Of a stretch of DNA of 64,000 nt, positions 1-9,755 are shown piece after piece; position 1 is the first letter of the stretch, and every line of letters starts with the position of its first letter. The DNA is taken from positions 11,336 to 75,335 of the forward strand of contig CAKPYQ010000004.1 of NCBI GenBank assembly GCA_934203105.1, read 5' to 3'. Position numbers and translations under genes: made by a program. The DNA comes from an uncultured Alphaproteobacteria bacterium (GTDB lineage Bacteria; Pseudomonadota; Alphaproteobacteria; CAAHEQ01; UBA3637). The notes under the pieces are model-generated. The model ran no database searches. It was not told the origin of the DNA and was given only the letters and a program-made list of their open reading frames with translations.

Positions 1-882
1 CGTCGATATGTTTTCATAAGCCGTGACGTTTATCGTCAACTTTTCCAACATTTTTAATCGACTTTGTGCTTGGCGTGCTTTGGTCGCTTTATAACGGAAA
101 CGATCGACAAAGGATTGTAAATGTGCGCGTTTGGCTTCTTGCTTTTCAATCAATTTGTTTTGCAAGTCAATTTGGGCTGCGCGCAAACTTTGAAAATCAT
201 CATAATTGCCCGAATAAGCATTTAATTTATGGCTTTCGAAATGGACAATCATATTACACAAATTGTTTAAAAAGTTTTTGTCATGAGAAATCAACAACAA
301 CGTCCCGCGATACTTTTGTAAAAAGTTCAGCAGCCACAAAGAAGATTCCAAATCCAAGTGGTTGGTCGGTTCGTCCAGCAATAAAATGTCGGACGGTTGA
401 AACAAAGTTGCCGCCAACGCAACGCGCATTCTCCATCCGCCTGAAAACTCCGATAACGGGTGATAAAAATCCGTGTCGTGAAAGCCCAAACCTTTTAAAA
501 TTTGGCATGCTCTGGATTCGGCGGTATCTGCGCCAATCGCATTTAATCGTTCGTATATTTCCGCCAGCTCGGTATCCGGTGCGCTTTGCAGGCGGTCAAG
601 CAATTGCGTACGCTCTTTATCCGACGCCAATAAATAAGGCAGTGGCGCAATCGATGTGTCGTCTAATTCTTGGCGCATATAGGCGATTTTGCTGGCACTT
701 GGGTAAGCAATAGATCCCTCTTCAATGCTTTGTTCGCCCAAAATCGCGCGAAACAGTGTCGATTTTCCGCAACCGTTATGCCCAATCAAGCCGACTTTTT
801 TATTGTCGCCGATATGAACGTTGGCGCGTTCCAACAAAGTTTTACCGCAAATGCGAATGGTAATGTTATTTAAATCAATCAT
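1..882 (-). CDS. ABC-F family ATPase (EttA/Uup/YheS-like), N-terminal portion; 3' end lies beyond the window start
   Basis: The six-frame track misses this gene because it runs off the window. The reverse complement from 882 reads MIDLNNITIRICGKTLLERANVHIGDNKKVGLIGHNGCGKSTLFRAILGEQ... and later ...LSEFSGGWRMRVALAATLFQPSDILLLDEPTNHLDLESSLWL... These give a Walker A, an ABC signature and a Walker B followed by the ABC-F linker region. The listed + ORF 66..713 is antisense to it. Confidence 0.85.
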   Translation of the reverse strand, partial: MIDLNNITIRICGKTLLERANVHIGDNKKVGLIGHNGCGKSTLFRAILGEQSIEEGSIAYPSASKIAYMRQELDDTSIAPLPYLLASDKERTQLLDRLQSAPDTELAEIYERLNAIGADTAESRACQILKGLGFHDTDFYHPLSEFSGGWRMRVALAATLFQPSDILLLDEPTNHLDLESSLWLLNFLQKYRGTLLLISHDKNFLNNLCNMIVHFESHKLNAYSGNYDDFQSLRAAQIDLQNKLIEKQEAKRAHLQSFVDRFRYKATKARQAQSRLKMLEKLTINVTAYENIST

Positions 883-978
883 AATGCTTTTTCTTATACA
901 CGATTTCCCGCCAAAAGTCAAAGGAAAGCTTTTCAAAAGGTTTTTTTTGTGCTATAATAAGAAAAAAGGAGGTAAAGG

Positions 979-2511
979 ATGCCCTTAAAAAACAATACCT
1001 TTTTTCATAAAACGTTGAAACGCAGTGCGTCGATATTGGCGGCTGGCAGCTTTTTGATGCCTGCCGTCGCAGCAAATGCGGCAGATGAAAATGTTTTTGC
1101 TTCTCCGTCGGTCGCGGTCGAACAAGCTCAAACAAAATCCGACAATCAGTCGCAAGGCACTTTAATGGATTGTTTTTTGAAGGCGGCTCAAAACAAAGCC
1201 AAAACGGTTGAATATAAAGGGCAAACGTATGATATTAAAAACTTGGCGATTTCTTATTCGGACATTTTGGAAAAACGTCCGGATTTAGTCATTGGAATGA
1301 AAAAGGCGCAAAAGCTTGGGATTGCTCCCAAAACCAGCATTGATATGAACGTCGTTCACGCGAATAAATTAAAAGCATTTGATCAAACAACACAACGCGC
1401 TGTGGAAGATTTTATTTTGACGCAAATGCAGGCGCAAAAAGATAAAAAAAGCGAATTTGAATATGACGGCAACACATACCAAGCCGAAACAGGCGCCAAA
1501 AAGTTTGAAGCTTTTTTAACTGCGCGACAAAATTTTAAGCCTTCTTTTAAATATGAAGGCGAAACCTTTTCAACTGACAGCACATTTGCGATCGAAAAGC
1601 AAATGTCTTTATACGGCAATATCAATGCAGAATTAAGCGGTAAGCAAGACGCATTAACAAAGATGGCTGTGCGTCAAGTGGCGCGGGAAAAAGCAGTGTC
1701 TGAAATATCCGATAAGCGATACAAAAAAATATCGCATATGCAGCACGAAGTTAAACAAGGCGTTAAAAAAGGTATTATATCCGAGGATCAAGCCGATAAA
1801 ATGTACCAAAAAATCGAGGCTCAAACGAAATGGTCAAAAGCAGATTCGGCTGATTTAAATCAAGCGTTTGCAGAACGTTTGGGTCGTACCTATCAATTAA
1901 TGGAGGTATGCGGAAATCCGGGCGTTTATCAGCGCGGCGTGTTTCCAAACATTATGGAATTTGCGGCGGGTAGAAGCGACACTTCTTATTTTTCTCCAAA
2001 TGTATTTTCCGCCGGTGGCGATATGTATTTGTCACAAGTAGATCCAAAAAGGTTTGTGTCTGAATTATCTCACGCTTTCCGACAAAAAAACAATGCGATC
2101 GGAGAGGCAACACAATTTGTCAGAGACGGTTTAAAGGATTTGTTCTCGCTTAACAGTTTTGGTTTTACGCCAAATGCGCAAGCCAAAAACTATGATGAAA
2201 AAGGCAAAATGGAATATGATGCGCATAACGTTGTCCAACCGGTTTTAGAGGATTTTTTGGACGGTAAAATCGACTCTATCCCCAAAGTTTATGCCAAAAT
2301 TGACGCGCTTCGCAAAAAAATAGGAGAGCCTTACGCTCAAACAAGTGATTCAGAAAAAATGATACAGTTGGGTTATCAGCAATTGGCCGAGGAAGCGGAA
2401 AAAGAATTGGCCAAGGAAACGGAAAATGCACCACTTCCCGCGACACAGCCCAAATCTCAATCCTCCGCTTTATTGGCTTGTGCGGCAATGAATAAATCTT
2501 TGCAAAAATAA
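979..2511 (+). CDS. secreted hypothetical protein (510 aa)
   Basis: RBS aaaggaggtaaagg sits just before the ATG. The N-terminal signal peptide ends in AVAANA-ADE. The protein is Lys/Gln-rich and has no catalytic motif I recognise. Confidence 0.5.
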   Translation: MPLKNNTFFHKTLKRSASILAAGSFLMPAVAANAADENVFASPSVAVEQAQTKSDNQSQGTLMDCFLKAAQNKAKTVEYKGQTYDIKNLAISYSDILEKRPDLVIGMKKAQKLGIAPKTSIDMNVVHANKLKAFDQTTQRAVEDFILTQMQAQKDKKSEFEYDGNTYQAETGAKKFEAFLTARQNFKPSFKYEGETFSTDSTFAIEKQMSLYGNINAELSGKQDALTKMAVRQVAREKAVSEISDKRYKKISHMQHEVKQGVKKGIISEDQADKMYQKIEAQTKWSKADSADLNQAFAERLGRTYQLMEVCGNPGVYQRGVFPNIMEFAAGRSDTSYFSPNVFSAGGDMYLSQVDPKRFVSELSHAFRQKNNAIGEATQFVRDGLKDLFSLNSFGFTPNAQAKNYDEKGKMEYDAHNVVQPVLEDFLDGKIDSIPKVYAKIDALRKKIGEPYAQTSDSEKMIQLGYQQLAEEAEKELAKETENAPLPATQPKSQSSALLACAAMNKSLQK

Positions 2512-2568
2512 AATGCTTGCTTTTTAAAGACAATTTTTTATATTATTCCTATAAAAGGAGTTGTTTTT

Positions 2569-3630
2569 ATGTTTTTTCTTTATGTCGTTATTATTACGGT
2601 TTTAATTGCTTTGTATGTGATTAAGTTTGCAGTTTTCCCGTTACCGATTGCCAAAGCATTCAAAATGCTGTTATCCGCATTTATTTTGTTGTCATCGCAA
2701 TCAATCGGCTTGGGATTTTTGTTGTCGTCGATTTTTCCGGTGTTAAATACAGAGGTTGGTATGGCTGTCTTAGGTTTTTGTTTTTCATTTGTTTTGTTTT
2801 TATTTCTGTCCACGTTGGCGTTAAACTTGTTGGCTTTCGTTGGTGTTTTTGCACCGCTGTACAGCGCTTTTGCACTGGCATTTATTTTGTCCGTTGTCGG
2901 CGTGTTTTTGGCCGTTCGTGTGCCGAATGTGAAAACGATTTCGCTGGATTTTGGATTAAATAAGCCCTTTAAATTGGTTCAATTATCGGATTTGCATATC
3001 GGTTCGGGTTTTACGCATAAATGGTTGGAAAAAGTCGTTGAAAAAACAAACGCTTTAAGTCCGGACGCGATTGTTATCACCGGCGATTTAATTGACGGTA
3101 CGCCGGATCGGTTGATGCCGGAATTGCAATCGTTGAAAAAGTTAAAAGCGCCGGTTTATTTCATTTACGGCAATCACGAATACTATTACGGATTGGAAAA
3201 GTGGAAAAATGAATGGGCAAAGTTGAATTTAAACTTATTGGAAAATCAATCCGTGGATTTGGGTGCGATCATTATCGGCGGTGTCGGTATGCCGGGAGCA
3301 AATGCTTTTGGTGCCAAAGCGCCGAATATCAGCGAAACTTTTTTTGGATCAGATCCCCAAAAGCCCAAAATATTGTTGGCGCATTATCCGGAATTATTTA
3401 ACAACGCAGCCCCCGACGGTGTTCGTTTACAATTATCCGGTCATACGCATGGTGGGCAATTATTTTGGCCGTTAAACATATTGACAAAGCGCGCCAACGC
3501 CGGTTATTTAAAAGGTGCTTATTATAAAGACGGTGCGATGCTGTATGTCAGCTCTGGCACAGGCCTATGGGGCGGATTGCCTCTTCGAATGGGCACAACG
3601 CCGGAAATTACTTTGTTTATTTTAAAATAG
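2569..3630 (+). CDS. membrane-anchored metallophosphoesterase (calcineurin-like)
   Basis: The N-terminal ~110 aa are hydrophobic helices. They are followed by DLHIG, GDLIDG, GNHEYYY and GHTHGGQ, the ordered metallophosphoesterase motifs. Confidence 0.7.
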   Translation: MFFLYVVIITVLIALYVIKFAVFPLPIAKAFKMLLSAFILLSSQSIGLGFLLSSIFPVLNTEVGMAVLGFCFSFVLFLFLSTLALNLLAFVGVFAPLYSAFALAFILSVVGVFLAVRVPNVKTISLDFGLNKPFKLVQLSDLHIGSGFTHKWLEKVVEKTNALSPDAIVITGDLIDGTPDRLMPELQSLKKLKAPVYFIYGNHEYYYGLEKWKNEWAKLNLNLLENQSVDLGAIIIGGVGMPGANAFGAKAPNISETFFGSDPQKPKILLAHYPELFNNAAPDGVRLQLSGHTHGGQLFWPLNILTKRANAGYLKGAYYKDGAMLYVSSGTGLWGGLPLRMGTTPEITLFILK

Positions 3631-3663
3631 TTGTTTTGATTTTTTTTGCCCTTTATATCGTCC

Positions 3664-4374
3664 TCAAATCAGCGGTTCAGCGTCCCGCATAATGCGCTCT
3701 ATTTTTTCGGGACGTGTATCGTCGTTGTTGTGCAAAACAAATCCCGTACATAATTCAAAAGGTGCTTTGCTGTTCATTGTGGCTTGGATAATCACGCGTT
3801 TTGGCATAACACACGCTTTTGGCCATAAAGGAATTAAGCGGATTTTTCCCATACGCCCGTTTAAAACGGATAATATTTCGGGGACGGCTTGGGCGCGGTG
3901 AATGATCGTCAAAGTGCCTTTGGCGCGTACCTTTTTAATGCAAAAATCTAACCACGTTTTTAAGGGAACTTGTTCAGCATGCGCCTTGGCCGTTACATCG
4001 TTGTCGCGCAACATCGTTTCCGTAAAATACGGCGGGTTCGTGACAACGTGATGAAATTGCCGCTCTTTCCATTCTTTGGGCGGGTTCGTGACGTCGCCGT
4101 AAACGACTTCAAACGCCATTTTATTTAAACATGCATTTTGCTTTGCCAATTCCAACATTTCAGGTTGAATGTCCAATCCGGTTATGTTGGCTTGTGGGGC
4201 GCGCGCTTTAATACACAAAGCAACCGCCCCCGTTCCGCAGCCGACATCAAGCACGCTTTCGTTGGCTTTTGCGGGGACGGCAGCAGCTAATAAAACCGCA
4301 TCGGAAGTGGCTCTGTAATCGCCTTGTTTTAACTTGATTTTCCCGCCTAAAAAGTCATCGATCGTGTATTGCAA
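3664..4374 (-). CDS. N6-adenine-specific methyltransferase, TrmN6/YfiC-like (tRNA m6A37)
   Basis: SAM motif VLDVGCGTGAVAL is present. NPPY (VVTNPPYF) is the catalytic tetrapeptide of amino-methyltransferases. The size (236 aa) fits the TrmN6 family. Confidence 0.6.
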   Translation of the reverse strand: MQYTIDDFLGGKIKLKQGDYRATSDAVLLAAAVPAKANESVLDVGCGTGAVALCIKARAPQANITGLDIQPEMLELAKQNACLNKMAFEVVYGDVTNPPKEWKERQFHHVVTNPPYFTETMLRDNDVTAKAHAEQVPLKTWLDFCIKKVRAKGTLTIIHRAQAVPEILSVLNGRMGKIRLIPLWPKACVMPKRVIIQATMNSKAPFELCTGFVLHNNDDTRPEKIERIMRDAEPLI

Positions 4375-4386
4375 TTTGTGCTCCGT

Positions 4387-4857
4387 TTAAAATTGGTATC
4401 TGTTCATTTGAATGCCAAGTCGTTGGTCAAGCTTTGTTTCGGTCAACTTTCCGCCCATTTTTAAATAAAAATTATTTGCGGGTTGATAATTTGCGATCGT
4501 CCAAACAAAGGGGCTTTGTTCGCTTTCCCGAATGGTCTTCAACGCATATGAAAATAAAGCGCTGCCAATCCCTTTGCGCGCAAACTTTTGATTGACATAA
4601 AGTCGGTTGATTTTCCCGCTTTTTTGCCACACCGTAAAGCCCAAAACTTTATTTTGGTTGTCACAGGCAACATAAACATTGTCTTTGGCGATAAAGTCCG
4701 CCGTTTGCTTGGATAAAAAAGCCGGTGTCATAAAGTTTGGATTGTCAAGCAATCGGGCGGGAACACAGATGCGATAAACATCGCGCCATATATCCCGATG
4801 TATTTTGATTATGTCGGGTATATCGGTAAGGGTGGCTTTTCGAAGGACTGTGTTCAT
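4387..4857 (-). CDS. GNAT family N-acetyltransferase
   Basis: RKGIGSALFSYAL is a Q/RxxGxG/A acetyl-CoA motif. The protein is 156 aa. Confidence 0.6.
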   Translation of the reverse strand: MNTVLRKATLTDIPDIIKIHRDIWRDVYRICVPARLLDNPNFMTPAFLSKQTADFIAKDNVYVACDNQNKVLGFTVWQKSGKINRLYVNQKFARKGIGSALFSYALKTIRESEQSPFVWTIANYQPANNFYLKMGGKLTETKLDQRLGIQMNRYQF

Positions 4858-4864
4858 AAAATTT

Positions 4865-5938
4865 TTACGCCTTTTTTATAATCCCGCCGCCGATCACAAT
4901 ATCGTCGTCATAAAAGACCATCGATTGACCGGGGGTAAAGGACTTTTGAGGTTCATCATACACAACACGCGCAATCTTGTCTTCGACATAAACAGTGACA
5001 GGCGCGGGCTTGGACGTCGAGCGTTGCTTGGCAAAAGCACGGAATTGTTCCGGCGGTGTTGCAAAGCTGATCCAATGCAAATCTTCCACAAAGCATGTAT
5101 CTTTTTGTGTGTCGGCTGCTGTTCCGACCCAAACGATGTTTTTGTGCGCGTCAACGTCCAAAACAAATAACGGTTCCGGATAAGAGACGCCTAATCCTTT
5201 GCGTTGGCCGATTGTATAGTTCCAATATCCCAAATGTGTTCCGACAACTTTGCCGTTGAGCATCATAATATTGCCCTTTTTGGGTGGCATTTGCAAAAGG
5301 TCATTGTAATTGCCCGAATAAAAATCCTGACTGTCCGGTTTTTCGGCCACAGCCAATCCTTTATCTCGCGCCATTTGGCGAACTTGCTCTTTTGTAAAAG
5401 ACCCCAAAGGAAAAATCACATGCGCCAGTTGATCTTGGCTTAATCGATACAAAAAGTAGCTTTGATCTTTTTTATTATCCAACCCCTTTTTCAATAAATA
5501 GCGGTTCGAGGCAGCATCAAAACCCGTCCTTGCATAATGACCGGTTGCAAAGTAATCATAATTGATGCCTTCTTTTTTGGCTTTTTGCGTCAACAATCCG
5601 AACTTCATCAATTCATTGCATTTTACGCAAGGGTTGGGCGTACGCCCCGCTGCGTATTCGCTTTTGAAGTACGAAAGCACCGTTTGTTTGTATTCTTCCG
5701 AACAATCAAATACATATGTTTTAATGCCAATCTTTTCGCCAAAAGCTTTTATATTTTTAATGTCTTCTTTTTCTTCCGGCCCGTAACAAGCGTTTCCCGC
5801 AACTTGTAAGTTCGGAATGTCGCTGTTATAAATCGACATTGATATGCCGATAACCTCATATCCTTGTTCTTTTAACAACAGCGCCGACAAAGATGAATCC
5901 ACGCCACCGGATAAACCGACAATAACTACATCAGACAT
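4865..5938 (-). CDS. mnmA: tRNA-specific 2-thiouridylase MnmA
   Basis: PP-loop VIVGLSGGVDSS is present. The conserved NPCVKCN and GHYAR motifs are present. The protein is 357 aa. Confidence 0.9.
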   Translation of the reverse strand: MSDVVIVGLSGGVDSSLSALLLKEQGYEVIGISMSIYNSDIPNLQVAGNACYGPEEKEDIKNIKAFGEKIGIKTYVFDCSEEYKQTVLSYFKSEYAAGRTPNPCVKCNELMKFGLLTQKAKKEGINYDYFATGHYARTGFDAASNRYLLKKGLDNKKDQSYFLYRLSQDQLAHVIFPLGSFTKEQVRQMARDKGLAVAEKPDSQDFYSGNYNDLLQMPPKKGNIMMLNGKVVGTHLGYWNYTIGQRKGLGVSYPEPLFVLDVDAHKNIVWVGTAADTQKDTCFVEDLHWISFATPPEQFRAFAKQRSTSKPAPVTVYVEDKIARVVYDEPQKSFTPGQSMVFYDDDIVIGGGIIKKA

Positions 5939-6867
5939 ACAACATACCCCGCATAAGCCAATAAAAATAAAACACCCATCGGACGCGATATCTGCTTAAA
6001 TATTCCGAGCGTAATCAACCACAAAGTCGTCATACACATTACCAGCAAACTTTCCCACACATCGGCCGGAAAATAAAGCGGAGTTAAAATCGCGACAACG
6101 CCCAAAATAAACAATGCATTATATATATTCGATCCGACAATATTGCCGTAGGCCACATCATTTTGCTTGCGAATAGAGGCCATAACGGACGTTGCCAGTT
6201 CCGGCAAGCTGGTTCCAACCGCCACCAATGTCAAGCCGATAACGGTTTCGGATATACCGAATTGTCGTGCGATTACAATTGAGCTGTCTACCAATAATTT
6301 GGCGCCCAACATCGTCATGGCGATACCCGCCAATGTGATTAAAACGTGTTTTAAAACGCTGCCTTTGGTCGGTGCTAATTCGCTCATTTCTTTTTGCATA
6401 TCTTTCAGGGCTTTTTTGTTTTGGTGTTCGACATAATAGCAATAATAAACATATCCGCATAATAAAGCCACAAAAATAACGCCCCCGAAGAAGTTTAAAA
6501 CGCCGCACAGAACAGCGATGACCAAGGCAACGGAGGAAATAACCAAAAACAGACTGTCACGGAAAAAGTTTTTCATATCCAACTTAACCGGAGAAATCAA
6601 AGCCGTTACGCCCAATACTAACAAAATATTGCAGATGTTTGACCCGACAACATTCCCGACAGCAATGCCGGGAGCCGGCGGTGTTTGCATTGCGGCTAAA
6701 ATGCTGGCCATCAATTCGGGTGTGGACGTGCCAAAGCCGACCAAAACAATGCCGACAACCAACGGTGAAATTTTTAACTTATTGGCGACCCCGACGGCAC
6801 CTTTGACCAATGTATCGCCGCCAAAGCCCAATAAAAATAAGCCAAGTACAAAATATAAATAAAGCAT
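5926..6867 (-). CDS. Ca2+/Na+ antiporter (CaCA/YrbG family)
   Basis: There are two alpha-repeat signatures, GDTLVKGAV..GTSTPEL and GTSLPELATS. The protein is a polytopic membrane protein of 313 aa. Confidence 0.85.
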   Translation of the reverse strand: MLYLYFVLGLFLLGFGGDTLVKGAVGVANKLKISPLVVGIVLVGFGTSTPELMASILAAMQTPPAPGIAVGNVVGSNICNILLVLGVTALISPVKLDMKNFFRDSLFLVISSVALVIAVLCGVLNFFGGVIFVALLCGYVYYCYYVEHQNKKALKDMQKEMSELAPTKGSVLKHVLITLAGIAMTMLGAKLLVDSSIVIARQFGISETVIGLTLVAVGTSLPELATSVMASIRKQNDVAYGNIVGSNIYNALFILGVVAILTPLYFPADVWESLLVMCMTTLWLITLGIFKQISRPMGVLFLLAYAGYVVCLM

Positions 6868-6869
6868 TT

Positions 6870-7526
6870 TTACTCCTGTTCAATACTTTCTAATAAAACG
6901 TCCATACTTTCCAAGTCGTGATTGTCATAAGGCACCGCTTCTTTGGCCGGAGTTTCTTTGTCCGATATGGATTCGGTTTGTTCGGGCTTTTGCTTTATTT
7001 CAACGTTTTCGGTTGTTAACGTTTCATCGGACATATCGCGCACCCCGATCATAAAGCTTTCCGGCAAAACGCTTTCCAACACAGGAACCGTTTTTTGTAA
7101 ATAAGCAACGGAAAAGTTTTTATCTTTATACTCTTCGATTGTTTCGGCCGGCATAGCAAACGCCGCAAAAAAGTAAATGATGACAACTAATAACAATCCG
7201 CGTAAAGCACCGAAAATCAAGCCGAGGATTCGGTCCAATCCGCTTAAAACGCTTTTGCGCAATTTGTCGTTGATTTTGGCGTTGACGATTGTGCAAACAA
7301 CCAAGATGACCAAAGCGATTACAATCGCGGCCGTAATGTCGGCAACGGTTGCGTTGGTGATCATTTTACGAAATAAAGGTCGTACAATCAACAGCCCGTA
7401 AAAAGCTCCGAATGCTGCCAAAACCCAAGCAATCAATCCCAATAATTCACGCACCAGCCCGCGATACATCGCAAACAAAGCGGAAATTAAAACAATTGCA
7501 ATAATTCCTAAATCAATCATTCCCAT
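6870..7526 (-). CDS. cvpA: CvpA family membrane protein
   Basis: The N-terminal half has 4 TM helices typical of the CvpA/colicin V production family. The C-terminal tail is acidic. Confidence 0.65.
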   Translation of the reverse strand: MGMIDLGIIAIVLISALFAMYRGLVRELLGLIAWVLAAFGAFYGLLIVRPLFRKMITNATVADITAAIVIALVILVVCTIVNAKINDKLRKSVLSGLDRILGLIFGALRGLLLVVIIYFFAAFAMPAETIEEYKDKNFSVAYLQKTVPVLESVLPESFMIGVRDMSDETLTTENVEIKQKPEQTESISDKETPAKEAVPYDNHDLESMDVLLESIEQE

Positions 7527-7538
7527 TTTTATGTTTCC

Positions 7539-8924
7539 TTACTTTACAAAAAATTCAACCAAGCTTTTTAAATGCCCCATTTCATGAATACTGATGTCGG
7601 CAGATGCTTTTTTCTTGTGCGCGTGTTGAGGCGGCATTAAAGCCTTTTCAAAGCCCAACTTAGCCGCTTCTTTTAAGCGCAAATCCATCTGCGGGACAGC
7701 GCGTACTTCACCCGATAAACCCACTTCGCCAAAGACAACCATATCGGCCGGCATCGCTTTTTGCGTCAGCGATGAAACCACGGCCGCCGCAACGGCTAAA
7801 TCCGCAGCGGGTTCTGTGATCTTTAATCCGCCGGCGATGTTTAAATAAATATCGCGATTGTTTAAAATAATGCCGCAACGCGCTTCCAAAACTGCCAATA
7901 TCATATTCAACCGATTGTTATCCCAACCGACAACCGCACGGCGCGGAGACGTTCCGGACGCCGGCGCGACCAAAGCTTGCACTTCCACCAGCACGGGGCG
8001 CGACCCTTCGATGCCGGCAAAAACACAAGAACCCGAAATATTACCGCGGCGTTCTGCTAAAAACAGAGCAGAGGGATTTGCCACTTCTTCCAATCCTTGT
8101 TCGGTCATTTCAAACACGCCGATTTCATCGGTCGCTCCAAAGCGGTTTTTGACCGCGCGCAAAATCCGAAAATGATGACCTCTGTCACCTTCGAAATACA
8201 GCACTGTATCGACCATATGTTCTAAAACTCTTGGACCCGCAAGTGTACCTTCTTTTGTCACATGACCGACCAGAAATAAAATAAAGCCCTTTCTTTTGGC
8301 AAGCCGGATCAATTCATGACCGGCAGCGCGCACTTGCCCCACCGTTCCGGGTGCCGAATCCAATGTGTCGACAAACATCGTTTGTATCGAATCAATGACA
8401 ACCACATCGGGCGCTTCGTTTGTATCTAATGTCGTCAGAATGTCGCGGACATTCATCGCGCTGGCCAACTCTACTTGCGCATTGCTTAAACCCAATCTGG
8501 ACGCGCGCAAGCGAATTTGTTCAATCGACTCTTCGCCCGAAATGTAAACGCAACGGGCGGGTGATCCTTTTTTATTCACACAATTTGCCAACTTTGCAAC
8601 TGCTTGCAACAATAATGTTGATTTGCCGATACCGGGGTCGCCGCCGACCAAAATGCATGATCCTTCAACCATACCGCCACCGCAAACGCGATCCAATTCA
8701 GCTATACCGGATTTTAAACGAAACGCCTTTTCTGATACGCCTTTTAAATCCACAAATTCAATGGCGCGGCCGCTTCTGCCCGCGACGGATTTGCTGGTTT
8801 CCGGAGTGGCTACGGCTTCTTCTTGGATCGTGTTCCATTTGCCGCAAGCGTCACACTTGCCCGCCCATTTAGCATAAACGGCGCCGCATTCTTGGCAAAC
8901 AAATTGCGTGGTCGATTTGGCCAT
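7539..8924 (-). CDS. radA: DNA repair protein RadA
   Basis: C4 zinc finger CQECGAVYAKWAGKCDACGKW is present. Walker A GDPGIGKST and the KNRFG motif are present. The C-terminal domain is Lon-like. Confidence 0.95.
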   Translation of the reverse strand: MAKSTTQFVCQECGAVYAKWAGKCDACGKWNTIQEEAVATPETSKSVAGRSGRAIEFVDLKGVSEKAFRLKSGIAELDRVCGGGMVEGSCILVGGDPGIGKSTLLLQAVAKLANCVNKKGSPARCVYISGEESIEQIRLRASRLGLSNAQVELASAMNVRDILTTLDTNEAPDVVVIDSIQTMFVDTLDSAPGTVGQVRAAGHELIRLAKRKGFILFLVGHVTKEGTLAGPRVLEHMVDTVLYFEGDRGHHFRILRAVKNRFGATDEIGVFEMTEQGLEEVANPSALFLAERRGNISGSCVFAGIEGSRPVLVEVQALVAPASGTSPRRAVVGWDNNRLNMILAVLEARCGIILNNRDIYLNIAGGLKITEPAADLAVAAAVVSSLTQKAMPADMVVFGEVGLSGEVRAVPQMDLRLKEAAKLGFEKALMPPQHAHKKKASADISIHEMGHLKSLVEFFVK

Positions 8925-8927
8925 TTT

Positions 8928-9743
8928 TTATTCCTTTACAGACATTTGTATTGGGCCTTTGGCAGAGCCGCTGATGAATTGTTTGACGTACGGGTTTGTC
9001 GTCTTTTCGATTTCTTTGACCGTGCCGACCCAAATGATTTTGCCTTGATAAAGCATCGCGATGCGGTCCGCAATTTTGCGCGCGGAAGCCATATCATGAG
9101 TGATTGTCAAAGCCGTTGCTCCCAAGTTTTTAACACACGACACAATCAATTCATTGATGACGTCAGACATAATCGGATCCAATCCCGTTGTCGGTTCGTC
9201 AAAAAAGATAATTTCGGGGTTGGCGGCAATAGCTCTGGCCAATCCGACGCGCTTTTTCATCCCTCCCGACAGGTCGGCCGGATACATATCGCCGACATCG
9301 ACCGTTAAGCCGACTTGTCCCAATTTTTCAATGGCAATGGCTTTGGCTTGTTTTTTGTTCATTTTTTTGCCTTGGATTAAGCCAAAAGCGACGTTTTCCC
9401 AAACGGTCATACTGTCGAACAAAGCCGCTCCTTGAAACAGCATACCGATTTTCGAATTGACCTTTTCCCGTTCGCGAGCGGACATTTTTAAAATGTCTTG
9501 GCCGTCAATTTCAATGACGCCTTTGTCGGGGTAAAGCAAGCCCAAAATGCATTTTAATGTGACGGATTTCCCCGTTCCCGAACCGCCGATGATCACCAAA
9601 GATTCGCCTTTTTTGATTTCCAAGTCGACCCCTTTTAATACGGCTTTTTTCCCAAAGGATTTATAAACGTCCTTCATCTTTATTTTGGGAACTTTTAAAT
9701 CTGTGGGTAACTTTGCCGTCGATTTTTTAAACAATGAAAACAT
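8928..9743 (-). CDS. mlaF: ABC transporter ATP-binding protein, MlaF-like
   Basis: Walker A GGSGTGKS, signature LSGGMKKRV and Walker B IIFFDEPTTGLD are present. The gene is adjacent to an MlaE-type permease. Confidence 0.75.
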   Translation of the reverse strand: MFSLFKKSTAKLPTDLKVPKIKMKDVYKSFGKKAVLKGVDLEIKKGESLVIIGGSGTGKSVTLKCILGLLYPDKGVIEIDGQDILKMSAREREKVNSKIGMLFQGAALFDSMTVWENVAFGLIQGKKMNKKQAKAIAIEKLGQVGLTVDVGDMYPADLSGGMKKRVGLARAIAANPEIIFFDEPTTGLDPIMSDVINELIVSCVKNLGATALTITHDMASARKIADRIAMLYQGKIIWVGTVKEIEKTTNPYVKQFISGSAKGPIQMSVKE

Positions 9744-9755
9744 ACTTTTTTACCT

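Noticed and set aside
66-713. 215-aa + strand ORF at the window start
   Set aside because: Its sequence is low-complexity. The opposite strand encodes a textbook ABC-F ATPase (Walker A, LSGGWRMRVALA signature, Walker B) across the same bases. The + ORF is an antisense artefact.
6158-6862. ORFs 6158..6508 (-), 6167..6436 (+) and 6518..6862 (+) overlapping the CaCA antiporter
   Set aside because: The antiporter reading frame carries the conserved alpha-repeat motifs. The overlapping ORFs are Arg- or Thr-rich nonsense translations.
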